A stretch of DNA of 64,000 bases from an uncultured Bacteriovoracaceae bacterium (GTDB taxonomy: Bacteria > Desulfobacterota > Desulfomonilia > UBA1062), in the NCBI GenBank assembly GCA_964456565.1, contig CAYWBU010000001.1, positions 22,827-86,826 on the forward strand, in the 5' to 3' direction. Below are positions 1 to 9,795 of this stretch, piece after piece. Every line of letters begins with the position of its first letter. Position 1 is the stretch's first letter. The position numbers and the translations under genes are program-made. The notes under the pieces were generated by a model that searched no databases, was not told the DNA's origin, and was given only the letters and a program-made list of their open reading frames with translations.

Positions 1-1
1 G

Positions 2-658
2 CACGAGGCCAACCCCATGCTCGGACATCGCGGTTGCCGCTTGGGCGTGACCTTCCCGGAGATTTATGAAATGCAGGTGCGCGCCATTATTGAGGCCGCC
101 TGTGAAGTCAAGCAAAGCGGCGTGGATGTCAAGCCCGAAATCATGATTCCCCTGGTGGGACATGTCAAAGAGCTGGCCCTGCTCAAGGAGATGACTGTCA
201 GGGTGGCCGATGAAATCATGGTCGCTGAAGGCGTCAAGGTTGATTACATGGTTGGCACCATGATCGAACTGCCGCGGGCAGCCATCACGGCGGATGCCAT
301 TGCTCAGGAAGCCCAGTTCTTCTCCTTCGGCACCAATGACCTGACCCAGACCACCTTCGGTCTGTCGCGTGATGATGCCGGTAAATTCCTGCCCGATTAC
401 GCCGACAAAAAGATCCTGGAGAGGGATCCCTTTGCCGTCCTGGATCGCGATGGTGTCGGTCAGCTGGTTAAGATCGGTGTCGAGAAGGGCCGTGCCACCA
501 GGGCCGATCTCAAATGCGGTATCTGCGGCGAGCATGGCGGGGAACCTTCCTCAATTGAGTTCTGCAACAAGGTGGGACTCAACTATGTGAGCTGTTCTCC
601 TTACCGGGTGCCGGTTGCCCGGCTGGCAGCGGCACATGCGGCCCTGAAAGAGGGCTAG
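2..658 (+). CDS. ppdK: pyruvate phosphate dikinase, C-terminal PEP-utilising TIM-barrel domain (5'-truncated by window edge)
   Basis: Frame is open to the window edge. Motifs [10 protein letters not shown] and [17 protein letters not shown]...[18 protein letters not shown] match the PPDK C-terminus. Confidence 0.8.
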   Translation, partial: HEANPMLGHRGCRLGVTFPEIYEMQVRAIIEAACEVKQSGVDVKPEIMIPLVGHVKELALLKEMTVRVADEIMVAEGVKVDYMVGTMIELPRAAITADAIAQEAQFFSFGTNDLTQTTFGLSRDDAGKFLPDYADKKILERDPFAVLDRDGVGQLVKIGVEKGRATRADLKCGICGEHGGEPSSIEFCNKVGLNYVSCSPYRVPVARLAAAHAALKEG

Positions 659-1255
659 GTGTTCATAACCTTTGAAGGCGGTGACGGGGTGGGTAAAACC
701 ACCCAGTCCCGCCTTCTTTATGACTATCTGACCGCAAAGGGCATCGTCTGTCAGCTGATCCGTGAACCGGGCGGGACACCGTTGTCCGAGCGTATCCGGG
801 AAATCTTCATTGCCGAGGAGCGTGATTCGCGGACCGATTTGCTGCTGATCCTGGCGGCCCGTCGGGAGAACCTGGAAAAGATTATCAAACCGGCCCTGGC
901 CCGTGGCGAGACCGTGATAGCCGATCGTTTCATCGATTCAACGCTGGTATATCAGGGAATTGCCGGGGAATTGGGTTTGGAATATGTCGCCAAGGTTATG
1001 CAACTTGTGGCTGTGAATTTTAAGCCGGATCTGACCTTTGTGCTTGATGTGGCGCCGCAAAAGGCCACCGGACGCATAAAAAACCGCCATTCTGACCGGT
1101 TTGACAGGCGGGAAGATGAATACCACCGTACCGTCAGGGACGGCTTTGTGACCCTGGCCCGGGATGCGCGGCATGTGCTTGTTAATGCCGAGGACCCCAA
1201 ACAGGTTGTCCATGCGAGAATAATATCTGAAATATCGGCCCTAAATATTTTCTGA
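659..1255 (+). CDS. tmk: thymidylate (dTMP) kinase
   Basis: GTG start immediately after the ppdK stop. P-loop FEGGDGVGKTTQ and the DRF/DS motifs are typical of Tmk. Confidence 0.85.
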   Translation: MFITFEGGDGVGKTTQSRLLYDYLTAKGIVCQLIREPGGTPLSERIREIFIAEERDSRTDLLLILAARRENLEKIIKPALARGETVIADRFIDSTLVYQGIAGELGLEYVAKVMQLVAVNFKPDLTFVLDVAPQKATGRIKNRHSDRFDRREDEYHRTVRDGFVTLARDARHVLVNAEDPKQVVHARIISEISALNIF

Positions 1256-1535
1256 ACTTTTAACCTATTGAATATAAAATATATTTTTATCCTTGATCAA
1301 TCATTTTTAATGCGCTAGGGATAGCCTTATACTGTCATTTGAAGCTGGTCCATTTGCGTTTGGTTTAGCGAAAACTATCTGTAAGAGGAGAGTCAGATAG
1401 CTGCTTCTTGGATGGCAACCCCGGATAGTGAATGTTGTAACGTTGAATACCTCCTGCTGACCTTAACCCGGATTTTTTATGCATGTCTCCTCGATTTATT
1501 GGATCATGTACTGATTCGTCAGTATAACTGTTTGA

Positions 1536-3137
1536 TTGAGCCTGAAGGATGCTTTAGCCGGGAGTGGCGTGTTTATGAATGAGGCTTGCAACACTGCGAT
1601 GTTGCTTGAAAAATTGAGGGATCTTGAGCGGGAGAACACTGCGCTGAGGCGACGTGAGGAATATTACCGTGATCTGATCGACAATGCGGCTGACGGGATG
1701 TATGCAGTCGATCTCGACGGCTGTTTTAAACGAGTCAACGATGCCTTCCTGAAAGAAAGCGGCTATGCCCCGGACGAGGTGATCGGGCACAATTTTGCGG
1801 AAATCCTGCATCCGGAAGACCTTGCGCCCTTGCGTAGCGAATTGCCGGAGATCCTTAATGGTGAAGCGGTTACAGCTGAAGTGCGCTGCCGTCACAGAGA
1901 CGGTTTTTTCAGCTGGTTTTCCCTGGTGAACAGGGCCGTGCGCGAGGGTGCGGATATTTATATTTACGGAGTTGCACGCAATATCGATCGACGGGTGCGG
2001 GCCGATGAGGATCTGCGCCGAAGTGAAGAACGTTATCGCACCTTACTGGATAATATACCGGATGTTGTTTATGCGCTGGATTCGCAGTCCAGAATCGCCT
2101 CAGTTAATCTGCCTGCGATTATGAGGTATGGCTATCGCGCTGAAGACGTTATCTGCTTCATTTTTGATATCTTCGTCTATCCGGATGACCGGGGGCTGAC
2201 TGAGAAGATATTCCGGCAGTCGCTTGAGCAGCGCCAGACTTTTATCAGGGGACTTAAATTTCGTATTCGAACCAGGAATGGGGATATCGCCTGGGTTGAG
2301 GTTAACAGCCATAAACATTTTAATACGAATGGTTTGTATGTCCGCGAAGAGGGTGTGTTGCGTGATATTTCACGTAATAAACTGCTTGAGGAACAACTGG
2401 TGCGCTCCGAACGGATGGCAGCCACCGGACAGTTGGCGGCGTCCATTGCCCATGAGATAAATTCACCGCTGCAGGGAATCAAGTCCCTGCTGGATATGAT
2501 GAAGCGCCAGTATGATCATCTGGATGGAATGGATAAACAGCTGGACTTGATGGAAAAGGCCTTCGGCTCAATCGGAAACATTACCAGGAAACTGCTGGAT
2601 TTGAACCGCCCGGGACTGGGTGACAGACAGATAATGGACCTGAACAAGGTGGTTGTGGATGTTACCGCCCTCATGCGCAGCCATCTGCGCAGAAATCGCG
2701 TAAGGCTTGAGCTGCAGCTTGAACCGCAATTGCCCAGGATTGAGGCTTCTCCGCAGCAGATCAGTCAGGTGATTCTGAACCTGGTCAATAATTCCATGCA
2801 GGCACTTGAATCCGATAATGTCATGGCTGACGACAGCCACCGGGCCGGTATAGATGTCCGCACATATGGGGATAACGGACATGTTATAATCGAGGTTGCC
2901 GACAACGGACCCGGGATTGATCCGGATGAACTGGAAACGGTTTTTGATCTTTTTTATACCAGCAATAAATCTGATGGAATGGGAATAGGCCTGAGTCTTT
3001 GCCGCAGTATCATTGAGCAGAACGGCGGTTGGATCAAGGCCTGTAATCGCAGGACAGGTGGGGCAGTGTTCAAGTTTGCATTGCCGGTAGCAAGAGATGG
3101 AGGAATGCATGAGGCGTTACAGGATTTTACTGGTTGA
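1536..3137 (+). CDS. PAS-domain sensor histidine kinase (coiled coil, two PAS, HisKA, HATPase_c)
   Basis: H-box AASIAHEINSPLQ, followed by N/G1/G2 boxes (NLVNNSMQA, DNGPGI, GMGIGL). PAS-like segments lie upstream. Confidence 0.8.
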   Translation: MSLKDALAGSGVFMNEACNTAMLLEKLRDLERENTALRRREEYYRDLIDNAADGMYAVDLDGCFKRVNDAFLKESGYAPDEVIGHNFAEILHPEDLAPLRSELPEILNGEAVTAEVRCRHRDGFFSWFSLVNRAVREGADIYIYGVARNIDRRVRADEDLRRSEERYRTLLDNIPDVVYALDSQSRIASVNLPAIMRYGYRAEDVICFIFDIFVYPDDRGLTEKIFRQSLEQRQTFIRGLKFRIRTRNGDIAWVEVNSHKHFNTNGLYVREEGVLRDISRNKLLEEQLVRSERMAATGQLAASIAHEINSPLQGIKSLLDMMKRQYDHLDGMDKQLDLMEKAFGSIGNITRKLLDLNRPGLGDRQIMDLNKVVVDVTALMRSHLRRNRVRLELQLEPQLPRIEASPQQISQVILNLVNNSMQALESDNVMADDSHRAGIDVRTYGDNGHVIIEVADNGPGIDPDELETVFDLFYTSNKSDGMGIGLSLCRSIIEQNGGWIKACNRRTGGAVFKFALPVARDGGMHEALQDFTG

Positions 3138-3675
3138 TGATGAGCCCGTTATTTTGGCCGGTGTCGGAGCAGACCTGCTTTCACAGGGATATGATGTAAC
3201 CAGGGCCGAGGGCGGGGAGCAGGCCTGCCGGCTTCTGGACAGGGAAAGCTTCGACGTGGTGATCACCGACCTCATCATGGAGGAAGTCGGCGGAATGCAG
3301 GTGCTTGAAAAGGCCAAGGCCAAGGATTCCTCCTGTATGGTGATGATCCTGACGGGCTATGGCGACATGTCATCAGCCATAGATGCCCTGCGACTCTCGG
3401 CCGATGATTATCTCCTGAAACCCTGCGATCCCGAAGAAATGCATTTCAGGGTGGAGCGCTGTATCAAGGCCATTGAAATGCGGCGCCGGATCAAGACCTA
3501 TGAGAATATAATTGCGGTCTGCTGCGTCTGCGGCAAGATCCGTGATGATGTCGGCTGTGACCATGGCAAGGGCGACTGGCTTTCGGTTGAGCAGTACCTC
3601 TGGCGCCGCGCCATGGTTGCCCCGTCGTCGACATACTGTCCGGAATGTGCCCGGATGGCCGAGCAAAATCTTTGA
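3109..3675 (+). CDS. response regulator, REC domain plus C-terminal CxC...CPxC zinc-ribbon-like tail
   Basis: RILLVDDEP...VVITDLIMEE...ILTGYGD...LLKP form a REC domain. The tail is CCVCGKIRDDVGCDHGKGDWLSVEQYLW...YCPECAR. A GGAGG RBS sits in front of the ATG at 3109. The 5' end overlaps the 3' end of the kinase. Confidence 0.75.
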   Translation: MRRYRILLVDDEPVILAGVGADLLSQGYDVTRAEGGEQACRLLDRESFDVVITDLIMEEVGGMQVLEKAKAKDSSCMVMILTGYGDMSSAIDALRLSADDYLLKPCDPEEMHFRVERCIKAIEMRRRIKTYENIIAVCCVCGKIRDDVGCDHGKGDWLSVEQYLWRRAMVAPSSTYCPECARMAEQNL

Positions 3676-4806
3676 TCAGGCCTTAGGCTTAAGGCCTGAC
3701 CTGATCCAGTGACCAATAATCCTGAAAGGCCCCTGGAGTCCGCTGCCCATGAGTTGGGCGTAGCTTTTGCGCCCGCTGATGACGTCAATGTAGGCCGCGG
3801 CGATCTTGGGACTTGCCTCCAGGGCAGCAAATGATGGTGCGGGAAGGCCAGAAATGAAGCGCCCGAGGGTGGCGGCCTTTTTGAGGTCTCCCAGAAGATT
3901 GTTTGCGATTGCGCGCTCATAGGTTTGAGCCGGATTGGCGCCGGTGACAGCCTGTCCGGCGGCCGCGCCGCTGAACATCGCCTGATAAAGACCTTCGCCG
4001 GTAATGGGATCCACCAGGTGGGCGGCATCACCGCAGAACAGGACCCGTCCCTTTGTAAGCCGCTTGTTGCCGCTGAATACCGCCAGGGGAAATCCGTGGG
4101 CCGCACTGTAGGCCAGGTTTTCAATTTCCAGGAAGTTCCTGTAGTATGACCTGATCCGGCCGGCATGTCGGCGGCTGGTGCCGATCCCGACCGAGGCATG
4201 ATCCCCTTTGGGAAAGATCCAGCCGTAGCCGTCAGGGACAGAGCCGAAATTAAAGATGATGCTCTGGTCAATGCGTTCCCAGGGCACCACCGTTTCAAGA
4301 CAAAGGGCCTGGCAGTAGCGGTCATCGGGCAGCAGCTGGCGCCTCGCGATGCTGTTGGGTCCGTCAGCTGCGATAATCCAGGGGGCCTTGAGGACCTCGT
4401 TGGTTTTGCCACTGACGGTTTCAATCCTGCCGCTTTCCTGATCCACTGCAACAACCCTGGTGGAGTCGCGGAAAACAGCGCCGGCCGCGATGGCTGTCTG
4501 CAAAAGATGATAGTCTAGATCGCGCCTTTCGAACATGTACACACAGGGCTGCGGGCTGCTGGCCAGGCAGGTGCGTCCGGTATCCCTGAAGGAAATCCTG
4601 CACTGGGAGACCGCGTTCATTGAAAGTTTGAGGGTGCCTTGCGGCAGCAGCGGCAGGGCTTTGGCTGTCAGTCCGCCGGCGCACAACTTGTCCCGCGGAA
4701 AACTGGCCTTGTCCAGCAGCAGGACCTTGAGGCCCCGGCTGGCGGCGGTTCGGGCGGCGGTTGAGCCTGCCGGACCGGCCCCGATGACGATCAGATCGAA
4801 ATTCAT
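3676..4806 (-). CDS. geranylgeranyl reductase family FAD-dependent oxidoreductase
   Basis: N-terminal dinucleotide fold MNFDLIVIGAGPAGSTAA...LLLDK and a CAGGL motif. The ATG at 4806 is preferred over the upstream TTG. Confidence 0.7.
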   Translation of the reverse strand: MNFDLIVIGAGPAGSTAARTAASRGLKVLLLDKASFPRDKLCAGGLTAKALPLLPQGTLKLSMNAVSQCRISFRDTGRTCLASSPQPCVYMFERRDLDYHLLQTAIAAGAVFRDSTRVVAVDQESGRIETVSGKTNEVLKAPWIIAADGPNSIARRQLLPDDRYCQALCLETVVPWERIDQSIIFNFGSVPDGYGWIFPKGDHASVGIGTSRRHAGRIRSYYRNFLEIENLAYSAAHGFPLAVFSGNKRLTKGRVLFCGDAAHLVDPITGEGLYQAMFSGAAAGQAVTGANPAQTYERAIANNLLGDLKKAATLGRFISGLPAPSFAALEASPKIAAAYIDVISGRKSYAQLMGSGLQGPFRIIGHWIRSGLKPKA

Positions 4807-4973
4807 GATATGGCTGCTCCCCAATCCATATATGGCTCCTAAGCCAAATTCCGTCGCTGTGTCAACCGCCTGGGATATTTTTCGTTTACACGGATGGCGG
4901 ATAGATGTTATTCAGCTCACAGAAATTTTGCCTTATAAGATATTGAATTGGGGCACAGTTATGGAGGAGTTTC

Positions 4974-5423
4974 ATGTCGGACGGACTTGACGTAATTATC
5001 ATCGATGATGAAAAAAATGTGTGCGATGTGCTGGCTTCAATCGTGAAGAAATTTTATACATGGGGTGATGTCATTACCTTCAATGATGTCGACGATGCCA
5101 TTGCCTATTGCATCAGCAACAGCGAATCCATCTGTATTTTCATTCTGGATGTGTTTGTAGGACATGAGAACGGTTTTTATTTCCTGGATGCAATCGAGGA
5201 AAAATTTCCCTCGGCCCGTGAGGATACTATCATGGTGACCGGGAATGCCAGTGACCAGGTGGTGGATATGTGTGTAGCCTCAGGCGTCAATCATCTGCTG
5301 GAGAAACCGGTCAAACCCTATGCCCTGCAGCTGGCTGTCAGGTCCATTGTCACCAAATATCTCAACTTTGCCAAAAAACTGCTGCAGGATCCCGCCTTCG
5401 CGGAGAATGTATCAAAGTTCTGA
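4974..5423 (+). CDS. stand-alone receiver (CheY-like) domain protein
   Basis: VIIIDDE...IFILDVFVG...IMVTG...LLEKP retains the DD, D, T and K positions of a REC domain. Confidence 0.65.
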   Translation: MSDGLDVIIIDDEKNVCDVLASIVKKFYTWGDVITFNDVDDAIAYCISNSESICIFILDVFVGHENGFYFLDAIEEKFPSAREDTIMVTGNASDQVVDMCVASGVNHLLEKPVKPYALQLAVRSIVTKYLNFAKKLLQDPAFAENVSKF

Positions 5424-5425
5424 CG

Positions 5426-5449
5426 GGCCGGTGTTGACCGGCCTTTTTT
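5426..5449 (+). terminator. rho-independent terminator (GGCCGG-loop-CCGGCC followed by T6)
   Basis: GC hairpin followed by TTTTTT, 3 nt after the stop of the REC gene. Confidence 0.5.
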
Positions 5450-5512
5450 ACTGCCTATTTCTGCCGGCCTGTATTATAATTCTGGGATTGTTATGATTTA
5501 GGGGAGGTCGTA

Positions 5513-6886
5513 ATGCAGATTGTTGTCATCAACGGAAGTCCCAAGGGTGATCTCAGCGTGACAATGCAGTATGTACGCTATGCCGCCAAGCTGAATCCCG
5601 AGCACGATTTTCGGATAATCAATGTTGCGCAGAAAATAAAGAAACTTGATAAAAGCCGCCCGGCCCTTGATGAGGTGCTGGCCGCAGTGGAGAGGGCCGA
5701 TGCCCTGTGGTGGGCAACCCCCGTCTATGTCTGTCTGGTCCCCTCGCAACTGAAGCGGTTTATTGAACTGGTTTTTGAAAAAAATCTGGAACATGTTTTT
5801 AAAGGCAAGCCTGCCGCGGTGCTGACGACCTCGATCCATTTCTATGACCATACGGCCCACAATTATCTCAATGCCGTTTGTGATGATCTTGGAATGCTGT
5901 ATGCGGGCGGGTTTGCGGCCGACATGTACGATGTGCTGGAGGAGGCCGGACAGTCACAGCTCAAGCAGTTTACGGCGGCCTTTATTGATAAGGTTGGTAC
6001 CGGTCAGGCCTGTCCGCGTAATTTCAGCCCGCTTCCCGCGTGCGGGATAGACTATGCGCCGGGTGTGCCGGAGAGGCAGTCTGAGACAAAAGGGCGCCGG
6101 ATAGTGATCCTGAGTGATGCCCGTGCGGATGATAACCTGGCCCGCATGGTTGATTTCTTTGCAGGCTGCTTCAGTGAGGCCCCGCAAATCTTTAATATCA
6201 ATGAGCTCGATATGCGCGGCGGCTGCATGGGCTGCATCAAGTGCGGCTTTGATAATCGCTGTGCCTGGGAAGGTAAAGACGGCTTCATTGATTTCTATCG
6301 CAATACCCTGCTGCCGGCCGAGGCCGTCATCTTTGCCGGAAAGGTTCATGACCGTTTTTTGTCGGCCCGCTGGAAGATGTTTTTTGACCGGTCTTTTTTT
6401 AATACCCACACTCCGACCCTGGGCGGCAAGCAGCTGGGGTGTATAATCAGCGGCCCTTTGTCGCAGCTGGCTGATCTAAGGCAGATCATGCAGGCCTACG
6501 CCGAATGGCAGCAGACCGGCCACAACGGATTTGTCAGCGATGAATATGAAACTTCTGCCGAGATCGACCGGCAGCTGGTCTCCATGGCCGCCAGGGTAAC
6601 ATCAGGAATGGAATCCGGCTATGTCGCTCCGAGATCTTTTCTGGGAGTTGCCGGCCACAAGATCTTCCGGGATGATATCTGGGGACGCCTGAGGTTTGTC
6701 TTCCAGGCTGACCATCATTACTATGCGGAGCATGGAATGTATGACGATTTTCCCCAGAATGATGCCCGGGCCGCCAAGCTGAACAAGATGATGTTTGAGC
6801 TCACGGCCGACCCGGCTATGCGCGAGGCGGTGCGCAAGGCCATCAAGACTGAGATGATTAAACCCTATCGGAAGCTTTTTGCGTAG
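5513..6886 (+). CDS. tandem flavodoxin-fold NAD(P)H-dependent FMN reductase / iron-sulfur flavoprotein (Isf)-like protein
   Basis: First domain MQIVVINGSPKG. Second domain RIVILSDARADD with a compact CMGCIKCGFDNRC motif (CX2CX2CX5C), typical of Isf 4Fe-4S flavoproteins. Confidence 0.65.
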   Translation: MQIVVINGSPKGDLSVTMQYVRYAAKLNPEHDFRIINVAQKIKKLDKSRPALDEVLAAVERADALWWATPVYVCLVPSQLKRFIELVFEKNLEHVFKGKPAAVLTTSIHFYDHTAHNYLNAVCDDLGMLYAGGFAADMYDVLEEAGQSQLKQFTAAFIDKVGTGQACPRNFSPLPACGIDYAPGVPERQSETKGRRIVILSDARADDNLARMVDFFAGCFSEAPQIFNINELDMRGGCMGCIKCGFDNRCAWEGKDGFIDFYRNTLLPAEAVIFAGKVHDRFLSARWKMFFDRSFFNTHTPTLGGKQLGCIISGPLSQLADLRQIMQAYAEWQQTGHNGFVSDEYETSAEIDRQLVSMAARVTSGMESGYVAPRSFLGVAGHKIFRDDIWGRLRFVFQADHHYYAEHGMYDDFPQNDARAAKLNKMMFELTADPAMREAVRKAIKTEMIKPYRKLFA

Positions 6887-6900
6887 CAGCTCGGCTGCCT

Positions 6901-7575
6901 TCAGGCATCCGTCCCGGTGGGCCGCTGTTTCTTGTTGTGATCTTTTTCGTCGGGGAAGGCCTTGATTTCGGGCACACTCTTGTGATGGACTTCCGGGCGG
7001 CAGAATTTGTCGGGATACTTGCCTTTGATTTGGGCATAGAACCCCTTGAGCTTGTCCATGTCGGCATCAATGTCCCCGGTGGGTCTGATCAGCGGGCCAA
7101 TGCCGCCGGTCTTGCGGGAATAGTCGAGAAAACCGCAGACAATCGGAACGCCGGCACCATTGGCGATATGGTAGAAACCGGTCTTCCAGTAATGGGTGTC
7201 TCCCCGGGTGCCTTCGGGCGGTATTATGATAACCAGCTTTTCAGCCTTGTTGAATTCGTCGATGGTGGCATCCACCATGTTGTTTGATTTGCTGCGGTCG
7301 ACCGGGATGCCGCCCAGCCATTTCATTATGCCGCCAAAGGGGAAACGGAAGAGTTCCTTCTTGCCTACCCAGTAAACCCTGGCCCTCAGGACAAAGGCGT
7401 GGAACATCATAATCGGCATATCCCAGTTGGTTGTGTGCGGGGCCGCGATCATGACGCATTTGGGGTCGGAGGGCATTCCCCCTACGGTCTCCCAGCCGAA
7501 TAATTTTGTATAAGCCTTTGATATTCCGTAACAGATCTCCCGGATAACCGGGGTATCAAATATTGTTTTATGCAT
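6901..7575 (-). CDS. lysophospholipid (1-acyl-glycerol-3-phosphate) acyltransferase family protein
   Basis: HX4D motif PHTTNWD and PEGTR motif, as in the PlsC/LPLAT superfamily. Confidence 0.7.
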   Translation of the reverse strand: MHKTIFDTPVIREICYGISKAYTKLFGWETVGGMPSDPKCVMIAAPHTTNWDMPIMMFHAFVLRARVYWVGKKELFRFPFGGIMKWLGGIPVDRSKSNNMVDATIDEFNKAEKLVIIIPPEGTRGDTHYWKTGFYHIANGAGVPIVCGFLDYSRKTGGIGPLIRPTGDIDADMDKLKGFYAQIKGKYPDKFCRPEVHHKSVPEIKAFPDEKDHNKKQRPTGTDA

Positions 7576-7644
7576 AGCAAACCTCTTTTAACAGGATAAA
7601 ATAAAATAGCATATCAGCCGCTCAGTGAATGTGAAAGTTACGTA

Positions 7645-7682
7645 AAAAGTGAGAGTGAGAGGGGCCGGCTGCGGCCGGCCCC
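7645..7682 (-). terminator. rho-independent terminator downstream of htpG
   Basis: 9-bp GC stem (GGGGCCGGC/GCCGGCCCC) immediately after the htpG stop, followed by a T-run on the minus strand. Confidence 0.5.
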
Positions 7683-7688
7683 TCGGGC

Positions 7689-9617
7689 TCAGTCTGCTAT
7701 GCCGGCCATGAGATCGCCAATGAGTTTTGAAAATTTTGAAGGATTTTTAATACGGCCGCCTTCGGCTACCACGGCGGTGTCGAACACCAGCTGGATATAA
7801 TCCTGCAGGAGATCATCTTCGGCGCCTTTGGCGTCAAAGAGACTTTTAAGTTTGTTGATGAAGGGATGCGACATATTGAGCTCCAGGACCCGCTTGGTCT
7901 GCGGCATGGGTTGGCCGCTGGCCTTCAGGATCTTTTCCATGTAGGCGCTCATGTCATAAGTATCACCGGAGAGGCAGGCGATGGAATCCTTGAGGTGCGA
8001 TGAGGGGCGCACCTCCTTGATGCTGCCATCCAGGGTCTTCTGGATGGCGCCGAAAAGATCGGCGTAGTCCTTGGCCGTGTCCTCGGATTGGTTATCGATT
8101 TCCAGATCACCCTTTTCGGCGCTCTTGAATTTCTTGTCGCGGTATTCGGTCAGGGTCTGGACGACAAACTCATCCACCGGATCAGTCATCAGCAGGACCT
8201 CGTAGTCCTTATCCTTGAGTTTTTCCAGGTGCGGGCTGTTGATCAGGGTGGCGGCGTCCTCGCCGGTGATGTAGTAGATGGAATCCTGGTCGGACTTCAT
8301 GTTTGAAAAAGACGGTTCTAGGGAGACCAGGTTGCCGTCCGACTTGGTGGTGGGGTAGCGCAGCAGTTCCTTGAGTTTGTCGCGGTTGTCAAAATCGGTG
8401 GGGATGCCGGCTTTGACCATCTGACCGAATTCGCCGTAGAAGTTCTCATATTCATCGCTCTCCATCTTGCTGAGCATTTCAAAGACCTTCTTGACCAGGT
8501 TTTTGCGGATATTGCGTACCAGGCGGTCCTGCTGCAGGATTTCACGGCTGACATTCAGGTTGAGATCGGGGGCATCAACCACGCCCTGGATGAATCCCAG
8601 GTATTCGGGGATCAGTTCCTTGCAGTCATCCATGATGAAAACTTTTTTACAGTAAAGATGGATGCCATGTTTGCGGTCCGGTCTGAAGAGGTCGAAGGGA
8701 GCCTTGGACGGGATATAGAGCAGGGCGGTATACTCGGTGGCCCCTTCAAACTTCATGTGCAGGTGGGTGAGCGGCGGATTCCAGTCATGGCTGATGTGCT
8801 GATAGAATTCGCGGTACTCCTCGTCCGTGATCTCTTTTTTGTCGCGGGTCCAGATGGCCTTCATGGAATTGAGGGTCTCGGGCCCGGTTACCGTGCGGGT
8901 GGTTTCGCCGACGGGTTTGCCGTCTTCGTCCTTGATCAGCTCATCGTCAGGAATCGGTTCGGTTTTTTCCACATCCATGACAACCGGGTAACCCACAAAG
9001 TCGGAGTGCTGCTTTACAATGCGGCGCAGGGTCCATTCATCGGTAAAGTCCTGCTCGTCCTTGGCCGGTTTCTTGAGATGCAGGATCACGGATGTGCCCC
9101 GCCCCTGCCTGTCTGTATCTTCGATCGTATAGGTGCCGTCGCCTTTTGATTCCCACTTGGTTGCGGTGTCTTCACCGGCGGCACGGGTGATCAGGGTCAC
9201 GCTGTCGGCGACAATGAAGGCGCTGTAGAAACCCACTCCAAACTGGCCGATCAACTCCGGTGAAAGGGTGTTTTTCTTGGCGTTCTGCAGGGCCTCCATG
9301 AAGGCTGCCGTCCCGCTTTTGGCGATGGTCCCGATATTATCCAGGACCTCTTCCCGGGTCATACCGATACCGTTATCGCTGATTTCCAGGGTGCGCTTTT
9401 TTGCATCGGGAATGATCTTGATGCAGAAATCGGTGTCATCACCCAGAAGCCCGTTTTCGGTCTGTGATTTGAATCTGAGTTTGTCAATGGCATCCGATGC
9501 ATTGGATATCAATTCGCGCAGGAAGATCTCCTGATTGGAATAGAGCGAATTGATAATCAGTTTTAGCAGTTGCTGAACCTCGGTCTTGAATTCAAATGTC
9601 TCTTTTTTTGCGGCCAT
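7689..9617 (-). CDS. htpG: molecular chaperone HtpG (Hsp90)
   Basis: [41 protein letters not shown] is the classic HtpG N-terminus. AGGAG RBS in front of the ATG at 9617. Confidence 0.9.
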   Translation of the reverse strand: MAAKKETFEFKTEVQQLLKLIINSLYSNQEIFLRELISNASDAIDKLRFKSQTENGLLGDDTDFCIKIIPDAKKRTLEISDNGIGMTREEVLDNIGTIAKSGTAAFMEALQNAKKNTLSPELIGQFGVGFYSAFIVADSVTLITRAAGEDTATKWESKGDGTYTIEDTDRQGRGTSVILHLKKPAKDEQDFTDEWTLRRIVKQHSDFVGYPVVMDVEKTEPIPDDELIKDEDGKPVGETTRTVTGPETLNSMKAIWTRDKKEITDEEYREFYQHISHDWNPPLTHLHMKFEGATEYTALLYIPSKAPFDLFRPDRKHGIHLYCKKVFIMDDCKELIPEYLGFIQGVVDAPDLNLNVSREILQQDRLVRNIRKNLVKKVFEMLSKMESDEYENFYGEFGQMVKAGIPTDFDNRDKLKELLRYPTTKSDGNLVSLEPSFSNMKSDQDSIYYITGEDAATLINSPHLEKLKDKDYEVLLMTDPVDEFVVQTLTEYRDKKFKSAEKGDLEIDNQSEDTAKDYADLFGAIQKTLDGSIKEVRPSSHLKDSIACLSGDTYDMSAYMEKILKASGQPMPQTKRVLELNMSHPFINKLKSLFDAKGAEDDLLQDYIQLVFDTAVVAEGGRIKNPSKFSKLIGDLMAGIAD

Positions 9618-9666
9618 AACATCTCCTGTAAAATTTAAATCTTTTGTCGATTGAAAATCATGACAT

Positions 9667-9695
9667 TCATAGGACCTCAAGAAAAATTATTCAAG
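9667..9695 (-). promoter_or_regulatory. candidate sigma-32-type heat-shock promoter for htpG
   Basis: Minus strand reads CTTGAAT-N14-TCCTATGA, resembling CTTGAAA-N13-15-CCCCATNT. Weak match. Confidence 0.25.
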
Positions 9696-9795
9696 GGCGG
9701 GCATTGCTTTTCTTGGCGATAGCTTTGCAATGTTGCCATCTCAGGAACTGAAATTATTATTTTTTTATGAAATATTTTAAAAAGGATGCCTCCTG

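Noticed and set aside
369-590. Internal alternative-frame ORFs within ppdK, tmk, the HD-GYP gene and others (for example 369..590, 751..933, 10213..10923)
   Set aside because: They are nested within well-supported genes and show no independent coding signal.
3676-3700. Palindrome TCAGGCCTTA-GGC-TTAAGGCCTGA at the RR/GGR convergent junction
   Set aside because: It lies within the last codons of the GGR gene and is not followed by a T-run on either strand. It is probably not a canonical intrinsic terminator. It is noted only as a possible RNA structure.
3498-4454. Long antisense ORFs opposite real genes, for example 3498..4454, 11251..12240, 12979..13890, 17565..18680, 20199..21068, 30048..31256 and 34712..36058
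   Set aside because: Each lies entirely opposite a gene with strong conserved motifs (GGR, rnhA/uup, uup, kinase, eno, radical SAM, nadB). The translations are low-complexity and Arg/Pro/Gly-rich, typical of spurious open frames in GC-rich coding DNA.
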